From an uncultured Candidatus Saccharibacteria bacterium (GTDB lineage: Bacteria; Patescibacteriota; Minisyncoccia; Phycocordibacterales; Phycocordibacteraceae): DNA of 64,000 bases. This document shows positions 1 through 9,779 of the stretch, piece by piece. Below the pieces are notes generated by a model that saw nothing but the letters and a program-made list of their open reading frames with translations, had not been told where the DNA came from and did not search any database. Each line of letters starts with the position of its first letter. Within the stretch, counting starts at the first letter, position 1. The DNA lies in the NCBI GenBank assembly GCA_964360855.1, contig CAYHXV010000002.1:97-64096 (forward strand), read 5' to 3'. Position numbers and translations under genes: made by a program.

Positions 1-239
1 ACGTGTTTATTAATTCAGCCTGAGCTCGGGCGCTAGCAGGGAGCAATGCTCCAATTCGGGCGGCGTTCCGGGCACCGTAGTGCTTGCGGAGGCACGTTCC
101 CGACTGCATACGGCTGTGCGTACTTCCCTATGGTACCCCGTATTCGCAGTACCGATACTGTGGATAGTAGATAAGAAAACACTCTCGCAAGAGGGCAAGC
201 GAGAGCAGAAATTGGGCCTTTATATACATGAAAAATTCA

Positions 240-265
240 CACCCGGGGCTTTCGCTCCGGGTGTT
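240..265 (-). terminator. Rho-independent terminator after the 289-864 gene
   Basis: ACACCCGGAGC-GAAA-GCCCCGGGTGT hairpin followed by GAATTTTT on the minus strand. Confidence 0.75.
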
Positions 266-288
266 GTTGTTTCGAACTTCGTGTTCGT

Positions 289-864
289 TCAGATCGCGTC
301 CTCGTAAACAACGACACGGTCCGTATCTTCGAGTCCGTCATTGTCGCCCGCCGCCCACCAGCCCTGATGCATGGTAGAGCTGTTGGAAAGGCCAGAAACT
401 CTGTCGTTGTCGCGGGTGCTCATAAAGATTACCCAGGATTCGGTTTGTCCATGCAGATTCCAGTCGACAGGAATGAAGCGGGGATTATCCGCCAGGAGTT
501 TAAGAACATCTGCCGGGGGATGCGCCTCCGGTTTGAAGTACGCAGCCAGCTCGGCATACGTCTGAACGTCCTTCAGCTCACTGCACCGCAGCACGCCAAG
601 CCGACGTCCATCGTGCCAGAGCGTGTCACCTCGACGCGCAACGGTAGAACTACCAGCGCCGTCAACAGGTGGAAGAATATGCGCCGTATCGACGAGATTG
701 CTCTGTCCCGTGACGAGCTTGCGCAGGTCAGTCCACAGGATCAACGGGTCGACATTGTTGTGACCTGCGAGCAACGCGACCTCGTGTTGTAGAAAGCCGG
801 CCTTCGTCATCAGCGCCTTGAACGCACCAATGTCATCAGCCTCAAACGTCAGTTTCTTTCCCAT
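289..864 (-). CDS. Hypothetical protein, probable divergent CPR DGR-target-like (C-type-lectin-fold-like) paralogue
   Basis: ORF with AAAGGGG SD before MGKKL; motif ADVLKLLADNPRFIPVDW...WVIFMST resembles the CPR variable-protein family from memory. Confidence 0.6.
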   Translation of the reverse strand: MGKKLTFEADDIGAFKALMTKAGFLQHEVALLAGHNNVDPLILWTDLRKLVTGQSNLVDTAHILPPVDGAGSSTVARRGDTLWHDGRRLGVLRCSELKDVQTYAELAAYFKPEAHPPADVLKLLADNPRFIPVDWNLHGQTESWVIFMSTRDNDRVSGLSNSSTMHQGWWAAGDNDGLEDTDRVVVYEDAI

Positions 865-943
865 ACCAGGTACCCCTTTCGGTTCTGTGAGTTGATCCAA
901 CCGCACAATACCACAAAACACCCTCTATCGCAAGAAATCTAGA

Positions 944-1543
944 TTAGTGCGTATTCGTCTCCATCATCGCCTTCTCAATACCCCCAGAAACAAAGGTACG
1001 GATAGATTGTGCAGACTTCTTGAGCGCCTTCTTGAGTACGGGCTCCTCGGCAGGCGAGAACTTCCCAATGACGTGCTTCACCACCTTTTCTTCACCATTT
1101 GGCTTCTTGGTCTTTCCTTTAGGGGTACTTCCGGATATGCCTATCTTTAGTTGTGCAAACTCTTTGGTCTTGAGTGCACGCATGATGCTCTCCACTCCCT
1201 TGTGTCCACCGCTCCCGCGTCCATAGACGGTCATCTTAAGGGTTCCGAGCGGGAGATCGAGGTCATCGCGCACCACCAGAAGCTTCTTTGCTGCTTTCAC
1301 ACTCTTCACAAATGACGGCGCTGACTTTCCGGATAGATTCATCGCGACCTCAGGAATAACCAAGGTTACCTTCTCTCCGTCTATGTCTCCAATGCACACA
1401 TTCGCGTGTGCCATTTTCTTAAGTACAAAATCTCCCCATCCTTCCTCCTTTGCAAGAAGCTCAAGCGCCATACGTCCGGCATTGTGCCGGGTCTTTGCAT
1501 ATTCTCCTCCTGGGTTACCGAGTCCTATGATGACGAAAGCCAT
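944..1543 (-). CDS. pth: Peptidyl-tRNA hydrolase
   Basis: GLGNPG..Y..TRHNAG, MNLSG, DDLDLP, GSGGHKG motifs. Confidence 0.97.
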   Translation of the reverse strand: MAFVIIGLGNPGGEYAKTRHNAGRMALELLAKEEGWGDFVLKKMAHANVCIGDIDGEKVTLVIPEVAMNLSGKSAPSFVKSVKAAKKLLVVRDDLDLPLGTLKMTVYGRGSGGHKGVESIMRALKTKEFAQLKIGISGSTPKGKTKKPNGEEKVVKHVIGKFSPAEEPVLKKALKKSAQSIRTFVSGGIEKAMMETNTH

Positions 1544-2307
1544 TGGGTAATTGTATCAGTCAGTTCCTTCTCGTGCTCGTGAAAGATGTGTGAGGCATGC
1601 GGAACAACCACCTGCGTCGCATCAGGAAATAGCCTGGTGAGAGCTGCTTGTGCTTTGGGTCCAGCCACAATCAAGTCGTCTCCTGCCGAAACAATAAGCG
1701 CAGGCACGTGCACATGCGGAGCATCTTTGCGTGTATCGTATTTGAAATAATCGAGTATCCAGGGCGGATAGAGTGGATTGAAGAACTTCTCCCCTATCTC
1801 TTGTTCTTTCTTCTTTACGATACGTACCACCTTCATCGTCCATCGTATGCGGTCTATCATTCGGTCACTTCGATCGATTCTCCAGGAAATAGCCGGCGCT
1901 ACCAGTACCAGTTTAGATACGACTCCTGGGTGCTGCCGTGCGTAGTGTACGACGCACAAAGCACCCAGACTATGTCCTGCGAGCGCTAAAGGAAGCTTGT
2001 GCCAGTCCTGTTGTGTACAATACGCAAGAACATCCTCCAAGTCTTCAATGAAGCCAGAGGTAGTACTGCTCCAATATGAAGCATCGGGTCCCCGAAGTGC
2101 GTCCGCGCCATCAAAGGTGAGCACCTGATACCCGGCACGCACAATTGCGTTCGCGATAACAAGAATTGTTGGCTGCTCCTTCCACGCAGCAAGTCCGTGC
2201 ATGAGCACCATTGTGCCCCGCACCGTACCCTCAGGTATGCGTAATGTTGCCGGCATGCGTTTGCCGTTTCTATTTAGAAATACAAATTCTCGCACTTCCA
2301 TACGCAC
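1525..2307 (-). CDS. Alpha/beta hydrolase
   Basis: HG oxyanion motif, GHSLG nucleophile, GDD and H catalytic residues. Confidence 0.9.
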   Translation of the reverse strand: MRMEVREFVFLNRNGKRMPATLRIPEGTVRGTMVLMHGLAAWKEQPTILVIANAIVRAGYQVLTFDGADALRGPDASYWSSTTSGFIEDLEDVLAYCTQQDWHKLPLALAGHSLGALCVVHYARQHPGVVSKLVLVAPAISWRIDRSDRMIDRIRWTMKVVRIVKKKEQEIGEKFFNPLYPPWILDYFKYDTRKDAPHVHVPALIVSAGDDLIVAGPKAQAALTRLFPDATQVVVPHASHIFHEHEKELTDTITQWLSSS

Positions 2308-2618
2308 TAAAGCTTCGCCATTGCCTCGGCAAACTCCGACTCAGAAGCAACTGGACCCTCAAGTTCCTCAAACGGATTCTCCTGCCAGTACTCTAACGAG
2401 AGCATATTGCGACGAGTGAGTCTCTCGGCGAGATCGAAGTCCCCTTCGGTTACCGTATCAGCAAAGAATGCTACACCACCGGCAAAGATATCTTCCGCTT
2501 CCTTTATTTCTCCGTCTTCACAATCATGTATGCACACGGGACCATATGAAGTTTCGAGTCCAATGTCATTTTCATGTTCTCCCGTGAAGGGCATACCGCA
2601 CGTAATACAGGTGTTCAT
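2307..2618 (-). CDS. Putative zinc-ribbon protein
   Basis: CITCGMP...CIHD, acidic; -10 element TATTAT 6 nt before ATG. Confidence 0.75.
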   Translation of the reverse strand: MNTCITCGMPFTGEHENDIGLETSYGPVCIHDCEDGEIKEAEDIFAGGVAFFADTVTEGDFDLAERLTRRNMLSLEYWQENPFEELEGPVASESEFAEAMAKL

Positions 2619-2675
2619 AGTCACATAATAGCAAAATATTTGACGCGCACGTACAGAAGCATACAATGTGCACAC

Positions 2676-3227
2676 ATGAAGTTCTTCGGCGGCGCAGTAC
2701 GGGAAATTCTTACCTTCATTGTACTTGCCGTCATCATCGTCGTCCCCATTCGCTTTTTTATTGCACAGCCATTTGTAGTGGAAGGTGATTCAATGCATCC
2801 AACCTTTGAAAGTGGTGATTATTTGGTGGTCGATGAGCTCACCTATCGGTTGGGAGAGCCTGAGCGTGGAGACGTGGTCATCTTCCGGTATCCCGGAGAT
2901 CCTTCCGTTTTCTATATTAAGCGCATCATTGGTCTTCCGGGAGAGACCGTACACATAGATGAGGGGAAAACAAGTATTTCAAAGCTTGATGGGAGCACCG
3001 TCATACTAAATGAGACGTATGTGGTTGCAGAAGATGCCACCTACTCACTTGATACCAAGCTTGGTGCTGATCAGTTCTTCGTTATGGGAGACAATAGACC
3101 GCGCAGTAGCGACTCGAGAGTCTGGGGACCTCTTCCACGCAAGGACTTGATTGGGCGCGCGTTCATTCGCCTGCTTCCAACCGCGCACGCCGGCATGCTT
3201 CCGGGCGCTATACAAGGCACACTATGA
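2676..3227 (+). CDS. lepB: Signal peptidase I
   Basis: GDSMHPT, YIKRIIGLPGE, MGDNRPRSSDSR motifs. Confidence 0.96.
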   Translation: MKFFGGAVREILTFIVLAVIIVVPIRFFIAQPFVVEGDSMHPTFESGDYLVVDELTYRLGEPERGDVVIFRYPGDPSVFYIKRIIGLPGETVHIDEGKTSISKLDGSTVILNETYVVAEDATYSLDTKLGADQFFVMGDNRPRSSDSRVWGPLPRKDLIGRAFIRLLPTAHAGMLPGAIQGTL

Positions 3228-4381
3228 GCGCCACAGTCCATAGACCAGACGATATTCTGAAGCGCGCGCACGCCATTGGCACCTATTACGGATTCCGTCC
3301 GCTTTCAGCACTTGCCTATGAAAGACGGGGACAGGGTAGCAAGGCTCCCTATCCAGAGTCCCTGAGCATGGACGCACTAGACGTGACTGCCAAAGAAGTT
3401 GCAGCACTTTTGAAACATGTACGCGACGCAGGACTCACCCCTTCCACCCGTGAGCCGCTCTTCCTCTGGCACACGAACGCCGCTCCAGGGCGCGCAGCTC
3501 CCAAACAGGTCATCGTGCAGTTCCATGTACTTGGCGTGGATCATGCTATTGCAGACGCCGTGCTTATTCGTGCCGTACGTTCCTTGATGCAGGACCTAGG
3601 GAAGGGTGACGTGCGCCTAAGACTCAACAGCATGGGAGACAAAGAAACCCGCACCCGCTTTGCCCGGGAGCTTTCCACCTTCTTCCGCAAGCATGGAGCC
3701 ACTCTCCCTACAGACTGTCTTGAAACCTCAAAAACTGACGCGTTTTCAGCTGCGGAGAAGTTGGCAGGGAACAAAGATGAGTGCGGACTTCTTCCCTCTC
3801 CCACCGATCACCTCTCTGAAGCAAGTCGCAAGCACTTCGAGGCGCTTCTTGAGTACCTTGAAACTACCGATACGCCGTATCAGCTCTCGCCTGAGTTACT
3901 TAGTCGCGGGAGCGCTTGGAGCGACACCTGCTTTGAGCTCTCACTCGAGAACGGCTCGAAGAGTGTTGAAGCCTGGGGCTCACGATACAGCGAGTTCGCC
4001 AAGCACTTCTTTAAATACAACCTCCCGAGTGTAGGAGCCGTTATGCGCTTCACCACCGAAACCCGCGAGGTGATTCCAGCTATGAAGGAGAAGACCTCTC
4101 CCCGCTTTGTGTTTGTACACATTGGAGACGAGGCTAAGCGCGAGAGTATGAAGATGGCAGACGACTTGCGTCGCGCACGCATTCCCCTCACGCAGGCTAT
4201 TGGGATTGCGTCCTTAACTGAGCAGATGCGCTATGCAGATATCATGAACCCGCCCTATCTTCTTATTATGGGACGCAAGGAAGCTCTCGAGCGCTCGGTT
4301 ATTTTGCGAGAGCGTTCAAGCTACACGGAGTCTATTATTCCTTTGGATGGGTTGATTGAGCGGTTGCGGTTGGTTGCCTGA
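3224..4381 (+). CDS. Degenerate histidyl-tRNA synthetase paralogue (HisRS/HisZ-like, with anticodon-binding domain)
   Basis: YYGF N-terminus, LNSMGD, L.RG...Y-like segment, C-terminal anticodon-binding domain; motif 2 is eroded. Confidence 0.75.
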   Translation: MSATVHRPDDILKRAHAIGTYYGFRPLSALAYERRGQGSKAPYPESLSMDALDVTAKEVAALLKHVRDAGLTPSTREPLFLWHTNAAPGRAAPKQVIVQFHVLGVDHAIADAVLIRAVRSLMQDLGKGDVRLRLNSMGDKETRTRFARELSTFFRKHGATLPTDCLETSKTDAFSAAEKLAGNKDECGLLPSPTDHLSEASRKHFEALLEYLETTDTPYQLSPELLSRGSAWSDTCFELSLENGSKSVEAWGSRYSEFAKHFFKYNLPSVGAVMRFTTETREVIPAMKEKTSPRFVFVHIGDEAKRESMKMADDLRRARIPLTQAIGIASLTEQMRYADIMNPPYLLIMGRKEALERSVILRERSSYTESIIPLDGLIERLRLVA

Positions 4382-4469
4382 ATCTGCGGAAACTTGATAT
4401 TAGTACAGAATGGCGTACAGTGAACGCGAATTGAAATAGCAGCTCTTTTGAGAGCAGAAAGGAATACAA

Positions 4470-4589
4470 ATGTCTGGCAAGAGCTCTAGATATTACGACT
4501 CCATGGGTTGTGCCTTTTTATTGACGTTCATGGTAGTTGGGGCCGGTGTCGCCGTGCTCGTTGGAGTACTTCATCTGATGTTGCAGTGA
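4470..4589 (+). CDS. 39-aa single-TM micro-protein (MSGKSSRYYDSMGCAFLLTFMVVGAGVAVLVGVLHLMLQ)
   Basis: AAAGGA SD, hydrophobic helix, own terminator at 4617-4651. Confidence 0.55.
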   Translation: MSGKSSRYYDSMGCAFLLTFMVVGAGVAVLVGVLHLMLQ

Positions 4590-4616
4590 GCTCGGCATCC
4601 AAGACAAGAAGAGTTA

Positions 4617-4651
4617 AGTGCCCATCGGCCGCTGGTCTGGTGGGCACTTTC
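4617..4651 (+). terminator. Rho-independent terminator
   Basis: AAGTGCCCATC...GGTGGGCACTTT inverted repeat. Confidence 0.65.
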
Positions 4652-4696
4652 TGTATATCTGGACAGGAAACTACTATCTATGCTATTCTCAGCCTA

Positions 4697-4957
4697 ATGA
4701 ATAACGCTACACGCGTAGAGGTAGTTCGCGGCAAGAATGAGAGTTCTGCGTCGTTGCTCCGCCGCTTTTCCCGTCGAGGTCAGGGCCTCGGTCTTGTGCG
4801 TGCCCTTCGCAAGATTCGCTACTACTCACGCACCAAGAGTAAGAACGTGCAGCATATGCGCGCCATGGTTCGTGGAGAGGTCATCAAGACATACAATGAG
4901 CAAGTGAAGCTCGGAAAGATAGATCCAAACGCCCGCCGCACGAAAGGAAAGAAATAA
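4697..4957 (+). CDS. rpsU: Divergent 30S ribosomal protein bS21
   Basis: VEVVRGKNESSASLLRRFSRR...RYY pattern, small and basic. Confidence 0.75.
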   Translation: MNNATRVEVVRGKNESSASLLRRFSRRGQGLGLVRALRKIRYYSRTKSKNVQHMRAMVRGEVIKTYNEQVKLGKIDPNARRTKGKK

Positions 4958-4990
4958 GAAAAGCCCCTCACTCGAGGGGCTTTTCTTATT
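4953..4990. terminator. Bidirectional terminator
   Basis: AATAAGAAAAGCCCCTC...GAGGGGCTTTTCTTATT between convergent genes. Confidence 0.8.
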
Positions 4991-5051
4991 TCTGCGCCCG
5001 TAGATATGCAGAACCGCCGGGTACCTTTTGGCACCCGGCGGGCAGAATTCC

Positions 5052-5597
5052 TTACGCAGGAAGGAGTTTGAAAAGATCGACGATGGCTGCGGGCGAGCAA
5101 CGACGCAGATACATGTAAGCAGCAACCTTTACTGTCTCGCTTTGGCAGCCTACTTCAGCGAAAGTAACGAAGCGTACGAGCTTTTCGCGAAACTCTCGGT
5201 CTCGAAGGAGCTCAGTACCACCAATGTTTCGCCGAGCTTTCAGGTACTCATCGTGATCTTTAAGAACATCCCGAAGACAGGAGGCCACAACCGAATCAGA
5301 AGACGTATTGAGTCGCGAATTCTGAATGTAATAAGCGAAGCTGCGCTCGAGTTTTTTATTTTCGGTATGCAGCCAGCCAAAAATGAGAAGCTTGGCGAGA
5401 GACTCGGGCATGGGCCGCGTCTGGCCCTTCGTCTGCTCAAACATCCGGAGCGCCACTCGACCACCCAGCTCTGACTCCTTCATTGTTTGAGCGAGTACGC
5501 CGACCAGTACCGGCTCTACTGCTTTCAGGTCGTCGCCGCGTGCATTGACAACAAAGCGAATTTGAGAGGAAAATCCACTCGTAAGATCTCTGGCCAT
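5052..5597 (-). CDS. Hypothetical protein (start uncertain; ORF open to 5687)
   Basis: Open frame; AAAGGA SD before MARDL. Confidence 0.55.
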   Translation of the reverse strand: MARDLTSGFSSQIRFVVNARGDDLKAVEPVLVGVLAQTMKESELGGRVALRMFEQTKGQTRPMPESLAKLLIFGWLHTENKKLERSFAYYIQNSRLNTSSDSVVASCLRDVLKDHDEYLKARRNIGGTELLRDREFREKLVRFVTFAEVGCQSETVKVAAYMYLRRCSPAAIVDLFKLLPA

Positions 5598-5740
5598 TGC
5601 CAGATCCTTTCTCGTGCCGTAGCACGATCTAAGGTTCAGCCCTCCGTAGAGAGCCTTGGACGGGTCTGTCCGCACAGATACTGCCACAGTTTGTCAGGAA
5701 CTCAAACTAAAATCTATGCGTACGCTATACTGAGCTTGCT

Positions 5741-6118
5741 ATGAACATACTCGATATTCGCAACCTCACGCGCCAGCGAGCGGTATCGTTCCCTTTTGCA
5801 CGGACTCACGCGCACATACTGCCCTCCTGGGATATATCTCTAGCTTTTGTTGGAAAAGAGCGAGCACAGAGCATGAACAAGTCCTTGCGCAACAAGGACT
5901 ATGTGCCGAACGTCCTCTCGTATGAAACTGGAAAGAACAGTGGTGAGATAGTTATTTGTCTTCTTGAAGCCAAGAAGCAGGCACCCGAGTATGGCATGCG
6001 ATACCCAGAATTCGTTGGTTTTCTCTTTATCCACGGATTGCTTCATTTGAAGGGAGAGCAACACGGGGCTACAATGGAAAAACAGGAACGCTTACTGTTG
6101 AAGCGCTTTATCAGCTAG
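5741..6118 (+). CDS. ybeY: rRNA maturation endoribonuclease YbeY
   Basis: N..R.KDY..NVLS and HGLLHLKGEQH motifs. Confidence 0.92.
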   Translation: MNILDIRNLTRQRAVSFPFARTHAHILPSWDISLAFVGKERAQSMNKSLRNKDYVPNVLSYETGKNSGEIVICLLEAKKQAPEYGMRYPEFVGFLFIHGLLHLKGEQHGATMEKQERLLLKRFIS

Positions 6119-6137
6119 TCCTTTTTATTCGTCCACA

Positions 6138-7304
6138 ATGGCACGACGCATCGCTACCGGCATCGACATCGGCACACACCAGACGAAAGTCGTGGTGGTG
6201 GAAGAAGTGTCTACGCCCTCGGGTGCGGAGTTAAAGATTCTCGGAACAGGACTCGCTGAGACCAAAGGAATGCGGCACGGGTACGTGGTGGATGTGGAGG
6301 ATGCAGCCGCTTCTGTGCGTGCTGCCTGCACTCAGGCGGCCACCATTGCACGCCTTCCCATCAAGAAGGGGTTTCTCGCTATTGGGGGCGTGTCTCTGGA
6401 CGAGATACGCGCAGGGGGTGAAACCGTTATCTCTCGAGCAGATCAGGAGATTACTGAACTTGATATTGAGAAGACGCTGGACGCTGCTCGTGAGGCTGCG
6501 CGTCCGGGATTTCTGAATCGCACCGTGCTGCACGAGATACCGCTTGAGTTTCGCGTGGACAATCACCTGTCTCTTGGTTCTCCTCTTGGTATGAAGGGGA
6601 CGCGTCTTTCTGCGGAGTATTTGTTTATTACCTGTTTGACGCAGCACAGTGAGGTGCTCACGCGCGCCACGGAGGCTGCTGACGTTGAGATCATAGACCG
6701 AATGGCCAGTCCCCTGGCGGGGTCCTATGTGACCCTCACTAAGGACCAGAAAATGAAGGGGTGTGTGCTCGCTAACATTGGGGCGGAGACCGTATCTATT
6801 GTGGTATACGATGAAGGACTCCCTATTTCCGTAAAAGTATTCCCTATTGGCTCAACCAATATTACGGACGACCTTGCGCTTGGATTTAAAGTGTCTTTGG
6901 AAGACGCCGAACGTTTGAAACTTGGGCACCTCGGAGGCGCCATGTATCCAAAGAAAAAGATTGAAGAAATTGTGACCGCACGATTTCGCACCATGTTTGA
7001 TTTGATCGATAAACATTTGAAGACATTAGGAAAGCGCGGAAGTCTTCCGGCCGGTATTATTATTTCCGGAGGCGCCAGTGGACAGGGCACCATTAGCGAC
7101 ATTGCAAAAGGTACGCTCAGTCTTCCGTCTCGCATTGCGGATGTGCGCGTGACTGAAGACACTAAAATTCAGGATGCCACCTGGGCAGTTGCATATGGTC
7201 TTGCACTCTGGGGCCTCACCGGAGACACGGAAACGCCAAAACGAGCGCGTGGCGGGGCCTTCATAGAGTCTGCAACACGTTTTTTGAGTCAGTTCTTGCC
7301 GTAA
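6138..7304 (+). CDS. ftsA: Cell division protein FtsA
   Basis: GIDIGT, G..G.V.D, AERLK, C-terminal amphipathic helix; upstream of ftsZ. Confidence 0.95.
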   Translation: MARRIATGIDIGTHQTKVVVVEEVSTPSGAELKILGTGLAETKGMRHGYVVDVEDAAASVRAACTQAATIARLPIKKGFLAIGGVSLDEIRAGGETVISRADQEITELDIEKTLDAAREAARPGFLNRTVLHEIPLEFRVDNHLSLGSPLGMKGTRLSAEYLFITCLTQHSEVLTRATEAADVEIIDRMASPLAGSYVTLTKDQKMKGCVLANIGAETVSIVVYDEGLPISVKVFPIGSTNITDDLALGFKVSLEDAERLKLGHLGGAMYPKKKIEEIVTARFRTMFDLIDKHLKTLGKRGSLPAGIIISGGASGQGTISDIAKGTLSLPSRIADVRVTEDTKIQDATWAVAYGLALWGLTGDTETPKRARGGAFIESATRFLSQFLP

Positions 7305-7400
7305 AGAGGAGCACGTTTTGAATACTTGTCGATATTTGCATCCCTGCAATGCTTGGTATAGTAAGGCGAACCTTATTTATTAGGCCCAATTCCCTTTACT

Positions 7401-8651
7401 ATGTCCAAGCGCGTTGAACCAGAAGTCGAGACCTTTGCTCGCATTCGCGTCGTCGGTTGTGGAGGTGGTGGCGGAAATGCCGTAAACCACATGGTGAACT
7501 CCAAGGTGAAGGGGGTGGAATTCATTGCGGTTAACACCGATGCGCAGGATCTGCACCGCTCTTTGGCCAAGCGAAAGATTCATATTGGCCGCAATCTAAC
7601 CAAAGGACTTGGGGCTGGTATGAACCCAGAACTCGGCAAGCGCGCTGCCGAAGAAACCCGCCAAGAGATTCAGGAGGCACTGCAGGGTTCTGACCTTGTG
7701 TTTATCACCTGTGGTATGGGAGGAGGCACGGGTACCGGCGCTGCCCCAGTGGTGGCTAAGATTGCCAAGGAGGTAGGAGCGCTCACCGTTGCTATTGTGA
7801 CGCGTCCCTTCACCTTTGAGGGACTTCAGCGCAAGGAGATTGCTGAGCGTGGTCTCACCGAACTTAAGCGTGAGGTAGACGCATACATTGTTATTCCAAA
7901 CGATAAGCTTCTTTCAATCGTAGAAGCGCAGACAACTGCCAAAACGGCCTTTGCGCTAGCAGATGAAATCCTTCGCCAGGCAGTGGAGGGAGTCTCCGAC
8001 ATCATCACCACACCGGGAGACATCAACACCGACTTTAACGACATCAAGGCCATCATGGAGGGAGCAGGACCTGCTCTCATGGGTATTGGTATTGCAGACG
8101 GAGACCGTCGTGCGCAGGACGCTGCGGCACAAGCCGTTAACTCCCCACTCCTTGATGTATCTATTGCCGGAGCGCGCGGTGTTCTCTTCGTGGTTGCGGG
8201 AAGTGATGATCTTGGAATTCTTGAGGTACAGGAGGCTGCCAAGGTAGTGTCTGACTCCGTGGACAAGGATGCCAAGGTTATCTTCGGTATCATGCGCGAC
8301 GAGAAGCTCAAGAAGGGACAGATTCGCATCATTGTTATTGCCACCGGATTCCCGGACCAGGAAGGACAGGTCTCGCACTCAGCGAGTGAGCGTTCCCTCT
8401 TCTCTCTCCCTATTCCTGAAAAGACGGAAACGCGCGGAAAGATTTTCCACGAGGCGCTCAAGGCTCCAGAACCCGAGCCTGAACCTACTCCAGAGACATT
8501 CCCGGTTATGGAAATGCCCCGCCGAGAGGAGCCTATTGTGACGGCTCAGCCGCAGCGCAGGGAAGAACCGAAGACTATGACGCCTCCCGTTGTTGAGGAG
8601 GAAGATGCGTGGGGAGCGATTCCGAACTTTTTGAAGCGGCATAAGAAGTAG
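7401..8651 (+). CDS. ftsZ: Cell division protein FtsZ
   Basis: [21 protein letters not shown]-terminal IPNFL. Confidence 0.99.
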   Translation: MSKRVEPEVETFARIRVVGCGGGGGNAVNHMVNSKVKGVEFIAVNTDAQDLHRSLAKRKIHIGRNLTKGLGAGMNPELGKRAAEETRQEIQEALQGSDLVFITCGMGGGTGTGAAPVVAKIAKEVGALTVAIVTRPFTFEGLQRKEIAERGLTELKREVDAYIVIPNDKLLSIVEAQTTAKTAFALADEILRQAVEGVSDIITTPGDINTDFNDIKAIMEGAGPALMGIGIADGDRRAQDAAAQAVNSPLLDVSIAGARGVLFVVAGSDDLGILEVQEAAKVVSDSVDKDAKVIFGIMRDEKLKKGQIRIIVIATGFPDQEGQVSHSASERSLFSLPIPEKTETRGKIFHEALKAPEPEPEPTPETFPVMEMPRREEPIVTAQPQRREEPKTMTPPVVEEEDAWGAIPNFLKRHKK

Positions 8652-8662
8652 GTGCTCGATCT

Positions 8663-8696
8663 ACAAAATCCCCGACACATAGGTCGGGGATTTTGT
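8663..8696 (+). terminator. ftsZ terminator
   Basis: ACAAAATCCCCGAC...GTCGGGGATTTTGT. Confidence 0.8.
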
Positions 8697-8711
8697 TATA
8701 CTATCCGAACT

Positions 8712-9638
8712 ATGAACGATCTACTTATCATCGGAGGAGGGCCCGCAGGAATAGCCGCAGGAGTGTACGCAGCCCGAAAGCGCGTGCAGACGGTGCTGGT
8801 AACGCAAGAGATTGGCGGGCAGTCCACCGTCTCAGAAGGAATTGAGAACTGGATAGGCACACCCCGTATTAGTGGCCAGGAGTTAGCGAAGTCTTTGAAG
8901 AGCCACCTGCAGGCATACCAGGGCGATGTGGTGCGTCTAGTTGAAGGAGAGCGGGTGGTTAGTCTGGAACGCGGTGAAGGGGGATTCAAGGCTAGCACAA
9001 GCGAGGGAAAGACATTTGAAGCACGAAGTGTCCTTATCGCTTCAGGAGCAGGGCGTCGAAAGCTTACCGTGCCTGGAGCAGACGAATTTGAGCACAAGGG
9101 ACTCACCTACTGCGCTTCCTGTGACGGTCCCCTGTTTGCCGGACAAGATGTTGCCGTGGTTGGAGGAGGGAACGCAGGGCTTGAGACCGCTGCACAGCTT
9201 CTGGCGTATGCAAAGTCGGTAATCCTCATACATCGCCGCAGTGAATTTAAAGGTGATGCAATTACCCTAGAAAAGATACTTGCCAACGAAAAGCTCACCG
9301 CCCTAACCGATACTGAGCCAGTTGAAGTGCACGGGGATAAATTTGTATCAGGTATGACCGTTAAGAATGTAAAAACAGGAGAAACAATGTTGTTGCCCGT
9401 TACGGGAATATTTGTGGAGGTGGGCGTGATTCCTAATACTAATTTTGCCGAAGGAGTTGTCGAGCTTGATGAGGTGAAGCGTATCAAAGCAGACCCGCGC
9501 AATCAGCGAACGAGTGTGGAGGGCATATGGGCTGCAGGAGACTGCACGGACGAGCTATACCATCAGAACAACATTGCTGCGGGGGATGGGGTGAAGGCAC
9601 TGGAAGATATCTATCAGTGGCTAATGCGGCAAGCATAA
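8712..9638 (+). CDS. trxB: Thioredoxin reductase / AhpF-like FAD-dependent oxidoreductase
   Basis: GGGPAG, CASCD, GGGNAG, AAGD motifs. Confidence 0.9.
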   Translation: MNDLLIIGGGPAGIAAGVYAARKRVQTVLVTQEIGGQSTVSEGIENWIGTPRISGQELAKSLKSHLQAYQGDVVRLVEGERVVSLERGEGGFKASTSEGKTFEARSVLIASGAGRRKLTVPGADEFEHKGLTYCASCDGPLFAGQDVAVVGGGNAGLETAAQLLAYAKSVILIHRRSEFKGDAITLEKILANEKLTALTDTEPVEVHGDKFVSGMTVKNVKTGETMLLPVTGIFVEVGVIPNTNFAEGVVELDEVKRIKADPRNQRTSVEGIWAAGDCTDELYHQNNIAAGDGVKALEDIYQWLMRQA

Positions 9639-9670
9639 GAAAACCGCACCCAGTGGGTGCGGTTTTCTTA
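9636..9670. terminator. Bidirectional terminator
   Basis: TAAGAAAACCGCACCC...GGGTGCGGTTTTCTTA. Confidence 0.8.
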
Positions 9671-9683
9671 TGAGAACAAGGCG

Positions 9684-9779
9684 CTATACAGCTGCCTCGT
9701 CGCCAGTCTCCATTGCAGGAGCCTCCTCAGCCGGAGCCTCGGGTGCCTCTTCTGCGGGGGTGATTACTTCTTCGTCCAT
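9684..9779 (-). CDS. 31-aa acidic peptide (MDEEVITPAEEAPEAPAEEAPAMETGDEAAV)
   Basis: Coding-like low-complexity ORF ending just before the terminator; TGCTATACT promoter near 9872-9880. Confidence 0.55.
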   Translation of the reverse strand: MDEEVITPAEEAPEAPAEEAPAMETGDEAAV

